Program-made: the position numbers and the translations under genes
Shown here: piece after piece, positions 29,686 through 39,639 of the stretch
How positions within the stretch are numbered: the first letter of the stretch is position 1
Layout: the number at the start of each line of letters is the position of its first letter
NCBI GenBank assembly: GCA_963745075.1
Contig: CAVUWV010000031.1
Span: 64,001-128,000, forward strand
Source of the DNA: Candidatus Hydrogenedentota bacterium
GTDB lineage: Bacteria; Hydrogenedentota; Hydrogenedentia; Hydrogenedentales; SLHB01
Reading direction: 5' to 3'
DNA length: 64,000 bases
Notes under the pieces: generated by a model
Database searches by the model: none
The model's input: only the letters and a program-made list of their open reading frames with translations
What the model was told of the DNA's origin: nothing

Positions 29686-32292
29686 TCAGGCGAAATGGAA
29701 TCGTTTCCCTTGCGTCTGGCGTATGGACAATTTGAGGAGATTTCCGACGAGGATCGGGTGCTTGGGGATAATCTCCATGAGCCGTTCGGGCCCGTCGTAA
29801 CCGAAAATGTGGTCGACCTGCTCGTCGCCTTCATTGCTCTGGCAGTTTACCTGCACGTCCTCGACTTCTTCCGGCACGCACAGAATGATTCGATTCAGCG
29901 CGATCGGACTGTCGAAGGAAAGGTGAACGACCTGCCGGTACCCCTTGTCATCGTCTTCACGGTATTTCACCCAGCCGAAGCACAATGGTGTGAACAAGGG
30001 GGCGCTCAGTTGATGCACGCCTTTCGGCAGGTTGGGGCGCAACCACAAGGCGCCGTCCGGCACGTTGAGCAGGAAGCCTTCCAGCGCATAGAGCACGTGC
30101 CAAATGGATGGTGACGCCATGTGCCGGTCTTGCCCCCATCCCTGGGCGTCGCCGGACTCGAGATTCCATTCCAGGGGTTGATTGAACACGCGGCCGCGGC
30201 GGCCGTGCATGTTCTTGTAGGTCTTCTGGACGGCGAAGAGACCACGGTCCGCGTAGCCGTGGCAGATCAGGAGACTCGCGAGCTGGCCGGTTTCGATCAA
30301 CGGCCATGCCGACCCGATCGCGGGCTCTACACCGGCGGATGCGGGGTTGCGGGCGGGGTCGTCGCCGGGAAGCACGCCGCGGGCAACGCCCTGGGGCGAA
30401 TCGTTGAGGGAACACAGCGCGGCCAACGCGCGCTTCACGTTTTCGGGCGGGAACAGTTGGCCGAGACAGAGAAAATCGGCGTACCACTGTCCGGCGAGTT
30501 GTCCCGTGTGGCAAACGTCGGACAGATTGCCGGGGTCGTCACCGGGATTGTTGGAAGCCCACAAGCGATAGTAGCCCTTGTCGTCGTCCCACAATTTGTC
30601 CTCAAAACTCCGGAGCGCGCGGGCAAGCAGGTTGTCGTACTTTTTCGCTTCCTCTTTGTGATTGAGACGACGGGCCAACCGCGTATACGCGCGGATAGCG
30701 GCAATCCAGAGGCTGCACGTGTAACTGCACGCGCCGTACACCACCCAGTTGTCGTACATGGTCGAGCGCCCCTCTTGCTCGGGAAGCCCGTCTCCATCTT
30801 CATCCATGGCGAGGACGTGTTCCATCGCCTGGCGCGCGCGGGGGAAGATGTGATCGAGAATGAACCGTTTGCCGGTCATGATGTAGTTGCGATACACCAT
30901 GAGCACGAATTTGATGTTCACGTCGACTAGTTTATCGGGCGTACGGCCGTGGTTGGGTTGGTGCAGGCATCCCGTTCCGAGATTCCGGAAGATTTGGCCC
31001 GGATCGTTCTCGTCCTTGAGCTTGCCGAACAGGGCGAGTTCGCCTTCGTCAAAATTGGGGAAGAACAACGTCGAGCCAAGCGAACCATAGAATCGGCGAT
31101 CCAAGGCGCCGGTGATTGGTTCTTCGAGCGTTTCCATCATGGTGAACTCGTTGCCGGCGGTGAGCAGGCAGTTGGTGGAGAATACATAGTTGTTGTTGAT
31201 CAACATCTTGTTGAACCAACGCGGCATGGAGGCCGTGAGGATGCGGCTCTGCCAGTCCTCGACCGCTTTGAAGTAATACCGGTAATAGGTGAGCGCCTGC
31301 GATGCGACCGCCACCGCGGTGGGGAAATGATTCGCGTAGCCGTGGCCCAGGTCGCGCCCCTGAACCTCGTGACGGGGGGTGTGCCACGCCAACACGAAGA
31401 CCAGGCTACGGCCTTTCTGGGCGGGAAGGGTAAAGGCGTTGCAAATTGCGCCCGAATGGCTTTCCTGACTGCGTGAGATCTTGTTCCCCAGGTGGCCCAT
31501 ATCATGGAACTGATTCCATAAGACGAGCAGTTCACGCGCATCGCGCTCGTTCCACCCCATGATGGTCGTCACCACTTCCTGTTGCTGTTTTGCAACCACG
31601 CAGTAATTGCCTTCCGCGTTGGTGCGAATCTCGCCGCGAAATCCAAACTCGAGCCCCGCCAAACGCGGTTTGTTCTGCTCGTTCTCGGCCCCCTCCTGCA
31701 TCCGGTAGTGTTCGGAATCGTGATCGCTGACGGCGACCACCGGCCGGATGGGACCCCGCCGCTCGGGGAAGTGGGTCTTGGTGCATCCACACAAGTTTTC
31801 CCAGTTGAAAAGGACGGATACGTCATATGGAAAATCGGTGGGGTTGTGCACGTACATGGAAACAAATGCGAGCGGGAGCGTCGATGCTTCGTGATCGTAT
31901 GGGATGACCGGGGTTACTGCGCTCCAGTTGACGCGCATCGGGAACAGTTTTTCTTCCAAGTGGTAGTGGGAAGCGGGATACAGGCCGCGCCAGCCCAACT
32001 GTTCCATGGCCGTATACGGCGCCACGATGCCGGCCTCGTGGAAGGGAAGGCTCGAGTCCGGTTGCAGAATACGCACGTTCACCTTGCCGCGCCGGGCCGC
32101 GCGGACAGCGAGAAACGCTCCGGGCGCAACGTCAATCCGGTCGGCAGCCGCGCGATTGTTATTGATGGTGATGTTGCGGAATCGGGCGTCCCGGCCCAAT
32201 TCCAGGCAGCCGGCCCCGACCCCTCCGAGCGGCACGCCTGCCGTCTGCACGCGTGCGAATCCGTTCTCGTCCTCCCGCTGTGGTGCGCTCAT
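29686..32292 (-). CDS. GH116-family glycoside hydrolase (GBA2-like)
   Basis: GVPLGGVGAG; ME......D.RFYGS; DEDGDGLP...TMYDNW; GQLAGQWY. Confidence 0.88.
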   Translation of the reverse strand: MSAPQREDENGFARVQTAGVPLGGVGAGCLELGRDARFRNITINNNRAAADRIDVAPGAFLAVRAARRGKVNVRILQPDSSLPFHEAGIVAPYTAMEQLGWRGLYPASHYHLEEKLFPMRVNWSAVTPVIPYDHEASTLPLAFVSMYVHNPTDFPYDVSVLFNWENLCGCTKTHFPERRGPIRPVVAVSDHDSEHYRMQEGAENEQNKPRLAGLEFGFRGEIRTNAEGNYCVVAKQQQEVVTTIMGWNERDARELLVLWNQFHDMGHLGNKISRSQESHSGAICNAFTLPAQKGRSLVFVLAWHTPRHEVQGRDLGHGYANHFPTAVAVASQALTYYRYYFKAVEDWQSRILTASMPRWFNKMLINNNYVFSTNCLLTAGNEFTMMETLEEPITGALDRRFYGSLGSTLFFPNFDEGELALFGKLKDENDPGQIFRNLGTGCLHQPNHGRTPDKLVDVNIKFVLMVYRNYIMTGKRFILDHIFPRARQAMEHVLAMDEDGDGLPEQEGRSTMYDNWVVYGACSYTCSLWIAAIRAYTRLARRLNHKEEAKKYDNLLARALRSFEDKLWDDDKGYYRLWASNNPGDDPGNLSDVCHTGQLAGQWYADFLCLGQLFPPENVKRALAALCSLNDSPQGVARGVLPGDDPARNPASAGVEPAIGSAWPLIETGQLASLLICHGYADRGLFAVQKTYKNMHGRRGRVFNQPLEWNLESGDAQGWGQDRHMASPSIWHVLYALEGFLLNVPDGALWLRPNLPKGVHQLSAPLFTPLCFGWVKYREDDDKGYRQVVHLSFDSPIALNRIILCVPEEVEDVQVNCQSNEGDEQVDHIFGYDGPERLMEIIPKHPILVGNLLKLSIRQTQGKRFHFA

Positions 32293-32363
32293 CAGCTCCC
32301 AATCATTTGGAAAACGCCGGTTAGGTCACGGAGACCAACCCCGTACACCCCTGGTTCACTTCT

Positions 32364-32831
32364 TTATGCGGAATCCAATTCTTTGAGCATGACGATCGCG
32401 TCTTCGTTGCTCTTTGGATAGTAATTCTTGCGCAATCCGACCGGACGGAAACCATATTGCAGATAGAGGTTGCGCGCGGCAACATTGGATACGCGCACCT
32501 CCAGCGTGGCGATGCGTGCGCCCACGTCGACGGCTTCGCGCAACAGGAATTCGACCAACCGATGACCGAATCCGCGGCCGCGATGCAGGTCCCGAATGGT
32601 TACGCTGGTAATGTGGGCCTCGTCTACAACGAGCCAGAATCCGCCGTAGCCGACGAGTACATCCTCCAGCATCACCACGAAGAAGTGGGAATGCGAATTC
32701 CGTATTTCATCCCGGAACATGCCTTCGGTCCAGGGTTCGGGATAGGCTTCGATTTCGATCCCCAGGATCTCGTGCACGTGCCGTGAGGCAATCGGCACGA
32801 ATCGAAGTGCAATGGATTCCGATACGCTCAT
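32364..32831 (-). CDS. rimI: Ribosomal-protein-alanine N-acetyltransferase
   Basis: DEAHIT; TLEVRVSN..A.NLY..YGF...G.RKNYY...EDAIVM; follows tsaB. Confidence 0.92.
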   Translation of the reverse strand: MSVSESIALRFVPIASRHVHEILGIEIEAYPEPWTEGMFRDEIRNSHSHFFVVMLEDVLVGYGGFWLVVDEAHITSVTIRDLHRGRGFGHRLVEFLLREAVDVGARIATLEVRVSNVAARNLYLQYGFRPVGLRKNYYPKSNEDAIVMLKELDSA

Positions 32832-33520
32832 TTTGCGACCGCCTTTTCGCGAGCCACCTCGGCCTGGGACTTGCGTAAATACACGGGCGCCACGGCAGCG
32901 GGATCCGTCGCGCAACCACCGGCTATCAATTCAATGGCCTCTTCGGCAACCGCAGACGCTCGCGGCGTTGCCAGGGCACCTGAAGGAAAGGTCGCTGACG
33001 GATTCAACTTAAGGATTCGTTCACGGTAGCGCCGGGCCCCGTCGCCCAGGCAATGGATCACGCCACTGGCCTCTTCGAATATGGATTCGACCGGACCTAC
33101 GCGATCGGCCTGGGATTTGTGCCGGACCCCGTTCTCGAAGCGATAAATTGCACCAAAGACTTCGCCCATTTTGGCGTCGATCAAGGGACAGAGCGTGCCT
33201 TCGTGCAAAGGGTATGCTCGTGCCAACGCGTCCAACGTGGAAACGCCCACGAGAGGCAAATCGGCCGCCAGGGCCAGTCCTTTCCAGGTCGCGACGCCAA
33301 CGCGTAACCCGGTAAAGGACCCGGGGCCAGCGGATATGGCGAGCATATCGACTTCCTTCAAGACGACGCCGGCCTCCGCGAGCACCCACTTCACCGTCGC
33401 AAGCAAGCGCTCGGCATGGGCGCGGCCACAATCCACCACGGTCTCTGCAAGAACCCGGTGATCCTCGCTCAGCGCCACGGTGTTGATGGAAGTGCTTGTA
33501 TCGGCAGCCAGAATCTTCAT
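32828..33520 (-). CDS. tsaB: t6A biosynthesis protein TsaB
   Basis: ILAADTS; HAERL; GPGSFTGLRVG; DAKMGEV; P.YLRKSQAE. Confidence 0.95.
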   Translation of the reverse strand: MKILAADTSTSINTVALSEDHRVLAETVVDCGRAHAERLLATVKWVLAEAGVVLKEVDMLAISAGPGSFTGLRVGVATWKGLALAADLPLVGVSTLDALARAYPLHEGTLCPLIDAKMGEVFGAIYRFENGVRHKSQADRVGPVESIFEEASGVIHCLGDGARRYRERILKLNPSATFPSGALATPRASAVAEEAIELIAGGCATDPAAVAPVYLRKSQAEVAREKAVAK

Positions 33521-33666
33521 CGTACCCCCGATCATAGCCCCCGATTGGATAAGGCGTCAATTGTTTACCCAGAATCAGCGGGGCAATCCGGACCGGAATC
33601 GCGCTTGCGTGGGCGCATTCCCAAGCGGTCTACCAATATCTCCGCCTCATGCGTGTGGATGGTGCA

Positions 33667-33696
33667 TTGACTCAAGCGCCCGCCCGTTCGTATACT
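33667..33696 (+). promoter_or_regulatory. Sigma-70 promoter for tRNA-His
   Basis: TTGACT-N18-TATACT, about 80 nt upstream of the tRNA. Confidence 0.6.
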
Positions 33697-33777
33697 ATGG
33701 GCCTGCGTGGAGTTGTCGGGTACGCATGCCGGCGCGGTTTTCGCGGGTATGACGACCAACCGTTACGCACCAATTTG

Positions 33778-33854
33778 GCCGGGATAGCTCAGCTGGTTAG
33801 AGCGCTGGATTGTGGATCCAGAGGCCGAGGGTTCAAGTCCCCCTCCCGGTACCA
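33778..33854 (+). tRNA. tRNA-His(GUG)
   Basis: Cloverleaf: acceptor GCCGGGA/TCCCGGT, D arm GCTC/GAGC, anticodon stem CTGGA/TCCAG with loop TTGTGGA, T loop TTCAAGT, encoded ACCA end. Confidence 0.95.
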
Positions 33855-33864
33855 TGTAACCAAC

Positions 33865-33910
33865 GACGGGCCAGTACGTTAGAAAAGGCGTACCGGCCCG
33901 TCTTCTCTTC
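33865..33910 (+). terminator. Hairpin after the tRNA (probable terminator)
   Basis: GACGGGCC.GTACG/CGTAC.GGCCCGTC followed by a pyrimidine tract. Confidence 0.55.
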
Positions 33911-34386
33911 ATGTATTATTCTCCTAATTGAATGCAGTCGTCCCGCAGGAGAGACCAAGGACACTTCCGGGATTTCGTTGGTCTCTGTCGACCCGGACGA
34001 TTTACTTGGCAGTTGTCACGTCGAACCGCATGAGAGTCGAACCGCGAGCGTCCGCATTCCGATTTACCTGGCGGCGGCTTGGGCCGCTATCTATTGCCGC
34101 TGGTGACGTTGTCACGCACTCGGACTTGGGCGTCTTACTCCAGGTTCAACACGAAGCGACTGTATTCCAGACTATTCTATCGCATCCGCCGGTTTTTCCC
34201 TTCCGTTTGGGGGCGTGGTGGGCTATGATTCGGAAATCTTTGGAAAGCCGTCCGGCGGGAAGGGTACCTCCGCTTTGCGTCGCCGGGTGGGCTTGAAGGG
34301 CCCAATCCACACGCCAGACGGGCCGGGAACAGGATTTCCAGCGGCGGCGACGTGCGAAATTGGGCGTTGAACTGTGAGGAGACGTG

Positions 34387-35259
34387 ATGATGAATCGACG
34401 ATTGGTGTGTTTGGCAGCCGGTTTGGCGATGGTCTTGTGCGCGGTCCCGAGTGCGCATGCGCGGTGGAAGGGGCCGAAGATCAAAGAATGGTCGCAGATG
34501 GAGAAGAACGACAAGGGGGAAATGCACGAGGTCTGGTACATGACCATCGACGGCGTCATGGTGCATGAGACCGATCCCGCCAAAAGCCCGCCCCCGCCGA
34601 TCATCACGCCGGGCACCGCCAGCACGCAGGACGTGGCCGGGACGGCGCCGTCGGATGCAATCGTACTTTTTGACGGAAAAGACCTGTCGAACTGGACGTC
34701 GACTAAGGAAGGCGAGGAAACGAAGTGGATCATGGCAAACGGCGCCATGTCCCCCACGAAAGACTCGGGCATGATCCGTTCCAAGCAGGAGTTCGGGTCC
34801 TGCCAGTTGCACGTCGAATTCGCGACGCCGACTCCGCCGGAGGGTGAAGGACAGGGCCGCGGCAACAGCGGCGTGTTCCTGATGGGTCTGTATGAAGTGC
34901 AGGTGCTTGACTCCTATGACAACACGACGTATTTCGACGGCCAGTGCGCCGCGCTGTACGGCCGTAGCAAGCCGCTGGTCAATGCATGCCGGAAGCCCGG
35001 CGAGTGGCAGACCTACGACATCATCTTTCATCGTCCCGAGTTCAAGAGAAAGAAGGTCGTCAAACCCGCTACGTTTACCGTGTTTCACAACGGCGTTCTC
35101 GTGCAAGACCACTACGAACTAAGCGGCGGCACCGGCTGGCGTGGCGGACATTCCATTACAAAATACGTGCCCCACGGCGACACGGGCCCCATCGAACTCC
35201 AGGACCACGGCAACCCCGTGTTGTTCCGGAATGTGTGGGTCCGCGAACTGGAGGATTGA
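34387..35259 (+). CDS. Secreted DUF1080 (3-keto-disaccharide hydrolase-like) protein
   Basis: APSDAIVLFDG.DL; GNSGVF; YEVQVLDS; GEWQTYDI; LQDHGNPV.FRNVW. Confidence 0.9.
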   Translation: MMNRRLVCLAAGLAMVLCAVPSAHARWKGPKIKEWSQMEKNDKGEMHEVWYMTIDGVMVHETDPAKSPPPPIITPGTASTQDVAGTAPSDAIVLFDGKDLSNWTSTKEGEETKWIMANGAMSPTKDSGMIRSKQEFGSCQLHVEFATPTPPEGEGQGRGNSGVFLMGLYEVQVLDSYDNTTYFDGQCAALYGRSKPLVNACRKPGEWQTYDIIFHRPEFKRKKVVKPATFTVFHNGVLVQDHYELSGGTGWRGGHSITKYVPHGDTGPIELQDHGNPVLFRNVWVRELED

Positions 35260-35314
35260 GAACAAGTCAGCGTAACTGAACTCCAGAAAAGGAGTGGGGG
35301 GATATACCGTCGTG

Positions 35315-37144
35315 ATGCGTATTGTTGCAGCGCATCTGTTTGTTGTCGTCGCAGTCTGTTCGCAGACAACTGCACCTAGTTGGACGTTCGAGCAGAGCGG
35401 CTGGACGCTCACAATCGGCGAGTGGGGAATCACCAGCTTGCGGAACGCAGCGGGCGCGGAATTCCTTGAATCCGACACCTTGACGGTTGAAACCGGAGAT
35501 AAAGTACGTGTCGGGGAGAATCCCCAGGCAACGTTGCTGAATGACGGCGTCGAGATTCGGTGCGACATCGCGGAATCACCCGGTGCTCAGTTGGATCATC
35601 GCATCGAGTTTGTATCTTTGGGCGGCTGGCCCACGATTCGCCGGACTGTGACCGTAGCCCCCGCTGAAGGCACGAAAGTCCGAGTCAACGTGAAGACGGA
35701 GTTTGCGAAAGCTACTCAGGACCTGACGCTATTCTCGCCTCGGATCGATGGTGTGGGTGTCGAATCCCCCTTTGAGACAGCCTACTGGGAATGGCCGCTG
35801 GGGCTCGATTCCGCGCGTGAGTCCGCTCCGGAGCACCAATTGGCGATTCCACAGTTGAGCGCCGCAACACCCGATTCGTCATTGCGTATCACCTTCGTTG
35901 GAGACCCATATTGGGGTACCGGATTCTCACTGGATGGGGAGGATCACGCACAGGTCACGTTGACCTCGTACCACACGGAACCGTTTAGGCGGACGTTTTG
36001 GATGGTACTTCAAAACGGTGCACCTGAGAACGCCATGAAAGCCTGGTACGCCACCGCGCTTGCGGACGTTCCGCCAGGCCCCGGCTGGTTGCACGATATC
36101 GCTTGGCAGCATTACGACTACTTGAGTCACGCGGGAAATGGTTGGTTTGAGGATCTTGACACGCTGGAACGGTTGGTCTCCCCGGAGGATCGACATAAAA
36201 TCGTCTTCACCTTGCACGGGTGGTATGACATGCTGGGCCGGTACACGTTTGACGAGAAAACCGGTCAGCTTGACGAAGCCTGGACGGCCTTCCCGAACGC
36301 GGCGGCAATGAAGGGAAATGGATTCCCAACTTCGGAGCCCGTGCCGATGACCAAAGCGGAAATGCACCGGCGCATTCAGTATGCAAAAGATCGGGGCGTA
36401 CGGGTCGCCCTCTACTTTGCCGACGGGCTCACTGCGTGTGAAGGAGCCGGGCGATTCGCCGAGGATCGCGTCTTGTATTGGGGCGGCTGGAACGGTCCCG
36501 ATACCGTTGGAAAACCATACGCACAAAACCCCGTGAATCCCGACGTTTGCCGGTGGTACGTCGATTACCTTAAAGCCTTGCTTGCGGAGTACGGTCAGGA
36601 AGTGGACGCGTTCGTATGGGACGAGACGTTTATGGTGCGCGCACGTACGATGACCCCGGAAAACGCTGCCCAACGTGTCTATGCTGCGCCTGCCATGATG
36701 AGGCTCGTGCGTGACCTTTCAAAGACCACCACGGATTATCGAAAGGACCTGGCGTTTCTTGTGAGCGATTGCATCGGCGCGACCTCGGACGAGGTCAACC
36801 GATGGACGGACGTGCCCCCCTACGCCATCATGGCACACGGGTGTTATCAAGACAGCCATAGCCGACCGTCGGTGTGGCCTTACGGCATTTTCCCAAACTA
36901 TCGGAACATTCTCTGGTCCTGTAACTGGCGGGCAGTCACGCGCTTCGACTGGACGAAATTCGGGGTCGAACACTACGACACGCCACTGGCCACGAGCAAT
37001 GGCTGGCTCGATGATAAAGGGATTGCGCGGTTGTCTGATGCGGATCGGAACGCGGTCATGCGGTTATTCGACGAACGAAAAAACCGCAAACAAGAACTCC
37101 ATTGGCTCAGCGGAACGCCTCCACAGTTTCAGGCCGTCGAGTAG
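35315..37144 (+). CDS. Secreted hypothetical protein, probable glycoside-hydrolase-type TIM barrel
   Basis: Signal peptide; HGWYD, YFADG, DAFVWDETF. Confidence 0.55.
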   Translation: MRIVAAHLFVVVAVCSQTTAPSWTFEQSGWTLTIGEWGITSLRNAAGAEFLESDTLTVETGDKVRVGENPQATLLNDGVEIRCDIAESPGAQLDHRIEFVSLGGWPTIRRTVTVAPAEGTKVRVNVKTEFAKATQDLTLFSPRIDGVGVESPFETAYWEWPLGLDSARESAPEHQLAIPQLSAATPDSSLRITFVGDPYWGTGFSLDGEDHAQVTLTSYHTEPFRRTFWMVLQNGAPENAMKAWYATALADVPPGPGWLHDIAWQHYDYLSHAGNGWFEDLDTLERLVSPEDRHKIVFTLHGWYDMLGRYTFDEKTGQLDEAWTAFPNAAAMKGNGFPTSEPVPMTKAEMHRRIQYAKDRGVRVALYFADGLTACEGAGRFAEDRVLYWGGWNGPDTVGKPYAQNPVNPDVCRWYVDYLKALLAEYGQEVDAFVWDETFMVRARTMTPENAAQRVYAAPAMMRLVRDLSKTTTDYRKDLAFLVSDCIGATSDEVNRWTDVPPYAIMAHGCYQDSHSRPSVWPYGIFPNYRNILWSCNWRAVTRFDWTKFGVEHYDTPLATSNGWLDDKGIARLSDADRNAVMRLFDERKNRKQELHWLSGTPPQFQAVE

Positions 37145-37161
37145 CCCAAATGATTTCGCGC

Positions 37162-39639
37162 TCAATCGCCCAGGTTCGATTCAAAGAACTTCATGAGGCT
37201 GGGCAGGTCGACTTCGTGGGCGCCGTCGTGTTTGTCGAGTTCGACCTCGTTGGGCACGCCGAAATCGGCGTAGGCGACGCGGACATCTTGGATGGCCTGA
37301 CGGGCGATGCCGATCGTGAAGTCGTTGTACGGCTCCCGCCAACCGTTTTGGCATTGCAGGGGACGGGGCGCGATCATGGAATAGATGTCGGTCCAGTCCA
37401 CCAATTCGCGCAGGCCGTCGAACTTCCAGCACATGCAATGGTTCACTTCCATGTGATCCATTGTTGTGAGGAACCCGCAACTCACGGTCGCTTTGATTCG
37501 CGGGTCCATGGCGCCGAGCCACATGGCCATTTCACCGCCGAGCGAGAGGCCCGCGCAGCCGATCCGGTCTTTGTCCACTTCGGGTCGGGTGTCGAGAAAG
37601 TCCGCGCAGCGGATGAGGTCCCACAGGCGCTCGCCCATGAGGGTTCGGCCCGGTTCGTAAACTTCGTGCTGCCCCACGTCGGCAGCGATCGTCACGTATC
37701 CCTTCCGGGCCAATGCCGTGGCGAAGCCTTTGTAAATGGATTTCAGATCGTATGTGGCAAAGCGGTCGCCGCCGTGGCCATGGATACACACGACGGCGGG
37801 GCACGGTTGTGCGGGCGTTGGATACGGAATTGCAGCCACGACAGGGATGGACCGTGTCGGTGTGGACTGAATCGTGAACTCGCACCATTTGTATCCATCT
37901 CGGGTTTCTTGTTTGACCAAAACGGGCTTCAGTGGATTCGCATCGCCCATCTCGGCCAGGTCGTCGATCTGGAGTAAGTCACGGAACTTCGTACGCAGTG
38001 TGTCCTGCCAGGCCTTCGCTTCGTCCGGGGTACCGGAATGGTAGGCCATCGTGCGCAGCGGGCTGTCCGTTTCGCGAACGGTCAAATGCGCGGTTTGCCC
38101 CTCCTCCAAATCCATGGGAAAGTTCCACAATTCTTTGCCTTCCACGACGACGGGACTTTGATCGTCGCGGGTCACCTCATACCGTCGCGCAGGTTCTACT
38201 GTAAACCACTCCGGGAACTGGTTGATGCGGGGATAGTCGAGGGGCATATGGAAGTACTCTTCGTGACGTTTGCGATCGAAACGCAGCGCACCGTGCCAGA
38301 CGTACTCTGGGGTAACGGAAACGTGAACCGTGCCGTCCTCGTCCCGCACCGCCCCGATCTTTACGTCGTCGCGCCAGGGCGCGGCGGCGATGCCCTGCGT
38401 CTTCCAGAGGGCGTACATGAGCAAGGTACGGGCCGAGTTTCCGTCGCCGTACCAGGCTTCGATGATGCCGTCGGGCTGTTGTTTGGCGAGAATGTAGGGC
38501 ACGCTCTTGTCGACCCAGTCGAAGGCGCTCGCCACGGGTATGCGATTGAGCATGTTGAGCCCACCTTCGATGGAATCCGCGTAGCCGTCGGCACTGCCGT
38601 GTTCCCAATCCGCATCGAGATATTTATGAATGTTCTCGAGGGCGTGTCGCACCGCGTCTTCGTAGCGCGTTTCTCCGTCCACCTCGGCAACGGTCAGAAA
38701 GGCATTGTACACATAGCCCCAGCCGTCGCTAATCCCACCCTGGTCCTGTTCCCCCGTTTTCGGGTTATACCAATTCGGCATCATGCCGTCTTCGTCGACG
38801 CCCTTCTCCAGGACGTTGTCGAGGATTCGGTGCATGGGGTCGCGGTACTGTGTAAATCGATCGGAATCTTCCTTCGACGCGATGAAATAGGCCTCCGACA
38901 AACCGCTGAGCACTTCGCATCCGTGATCGCGCAGGCGGATGCGGTCCTCCTGTAGGAGGTCGTGGTGCAGCAGATAGTAGTCGGACAAACGGAAGGCCCA
39001 CTCCTTCAAATCCGGATCGCCGGTCAGCCAGTACAGCCGGCTCAACACCTGCAACTGTTCTCCGTTCACCTCAACACTGTTGGACGGGATTAGTCCCACC
39101 TCCGTCTCGACAGCGGCATGTTGCCAGATGCCGCGAATCAGTTGCTCCATGCGTGACAGGTAGGGGCTCGGTCCAATCCACTCGGTGATGGGCATGAGTC
39201 CGTCTTTGGCGTATTCGGAAGCGCCGAAGATGATGCTGTCCATGTCCACGTCGGCGGAGAGGAAATCCTGCGTGGCGAAGTCGAAGGTATCCGGGAGGTC
39301 ACCGACGCGGTTGGTCAGGCGCTGCTCCTGTTCCAGCATGTACGACATGTTCCGCTTCATGAGCGTGTTGCCGGTGACGTAGGCGGTCAGGACCATGAAG
39401 GGGAAATTGTCGGCCGCGCTGTCCTTGGCGTTCCAGTACCAATCGCCCCGCAGGTTTCGCGGACTGAGGCCCGATTTTGGATCCGCCTGCGTGAGCCAAC
39501 CGTGAACGTACCGGTTACAGAACCGGATTACCTGTTGTGTCGCGTCCCCGTTCGCTTCCGCCGCAGTCCAGGGGTCTTGGGCGAGTACGGGCAATGTGAA
39601 GACTCCGACCAGAACGGCAACCCCCATGATTCTGTTCAT
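37162..39639 (-). CDS. Secreted fusion: uncharacterised helical domain plus C-terminal alpha/beta hydrolase
   Basis: Signal peptide; C-terminal PAVVCIHGHG, GCAGLSLGG, IAPRPL, GAHE. Confidence 0.75.
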   Translation of the reverse strand: MNRIMGVAVLVGVFTLPVLAQDPWTAAEANGDATQQVIRFCNRYVHGWLTQADPKSGLSPRNLRGDWYWNAKDSAADNFPFMVLTAYVTGNTLMKRNMSYMLEQEQRLTNRVGDLPDTFDFATQDFLSADVDMDSIIFGASEYAKDGLMPITEWIGPSPYLSRMEQLIRGIWQHAAVETEVGLIPSNSVEVNGEQLQVLSRLYWLTGDPDLKEWAFRLSDYYLLHHDLLQEDRIRLRDHGCEVLSGLSEAYFIASKEDSDRFTQYRDPMHRILDNVLEKGVDEDGMMPNWYNPKTGEQDQGGISDGWGYVYNAFLTVAEVDGETRYEDAVRHALENIHKYLDADWEHGSADGYADSIEGGLNMLNRIPVASAFDWVDKSVPYILAKQQPDGIIEAWYGDGNSARTLLMYALWKTQGIAAAPWRDDVKIGAVRDEDGTVHVSVTPEYVWHGALRFDRKRHEEYFHMPLDYPRINQFPEWFTVEPARRYEVTRDDQSPVVVEGKELWNFPMDLEEGQTAHLTVRETDSPLRTMAYHSGTPDEAKAWQDTLRTKFRDLLQIDDLAEMGDANPLKPVLVKQETRDGYKWCEFTIQSTPTRSIPVVAAIPYPTPAQPCPAVVCIHGHGGDRFATYDLKSIYKGFATALARKGYVTIAADVGQHEVYEPGRTLMGERLWDLIRCADFLDTRPEVDKDRIGCAGLSLGGEMAMWLGAMDPRIKATVSCGFLTTMDHMEVNHCMCWKFDGLRELVDWTDIYSMIAPRPLQCQNGWREPYNDFTIGIARQAIQDVRVAYADFGVPNEVELDKHDGAHEVDLPSLMKFFESNLGD

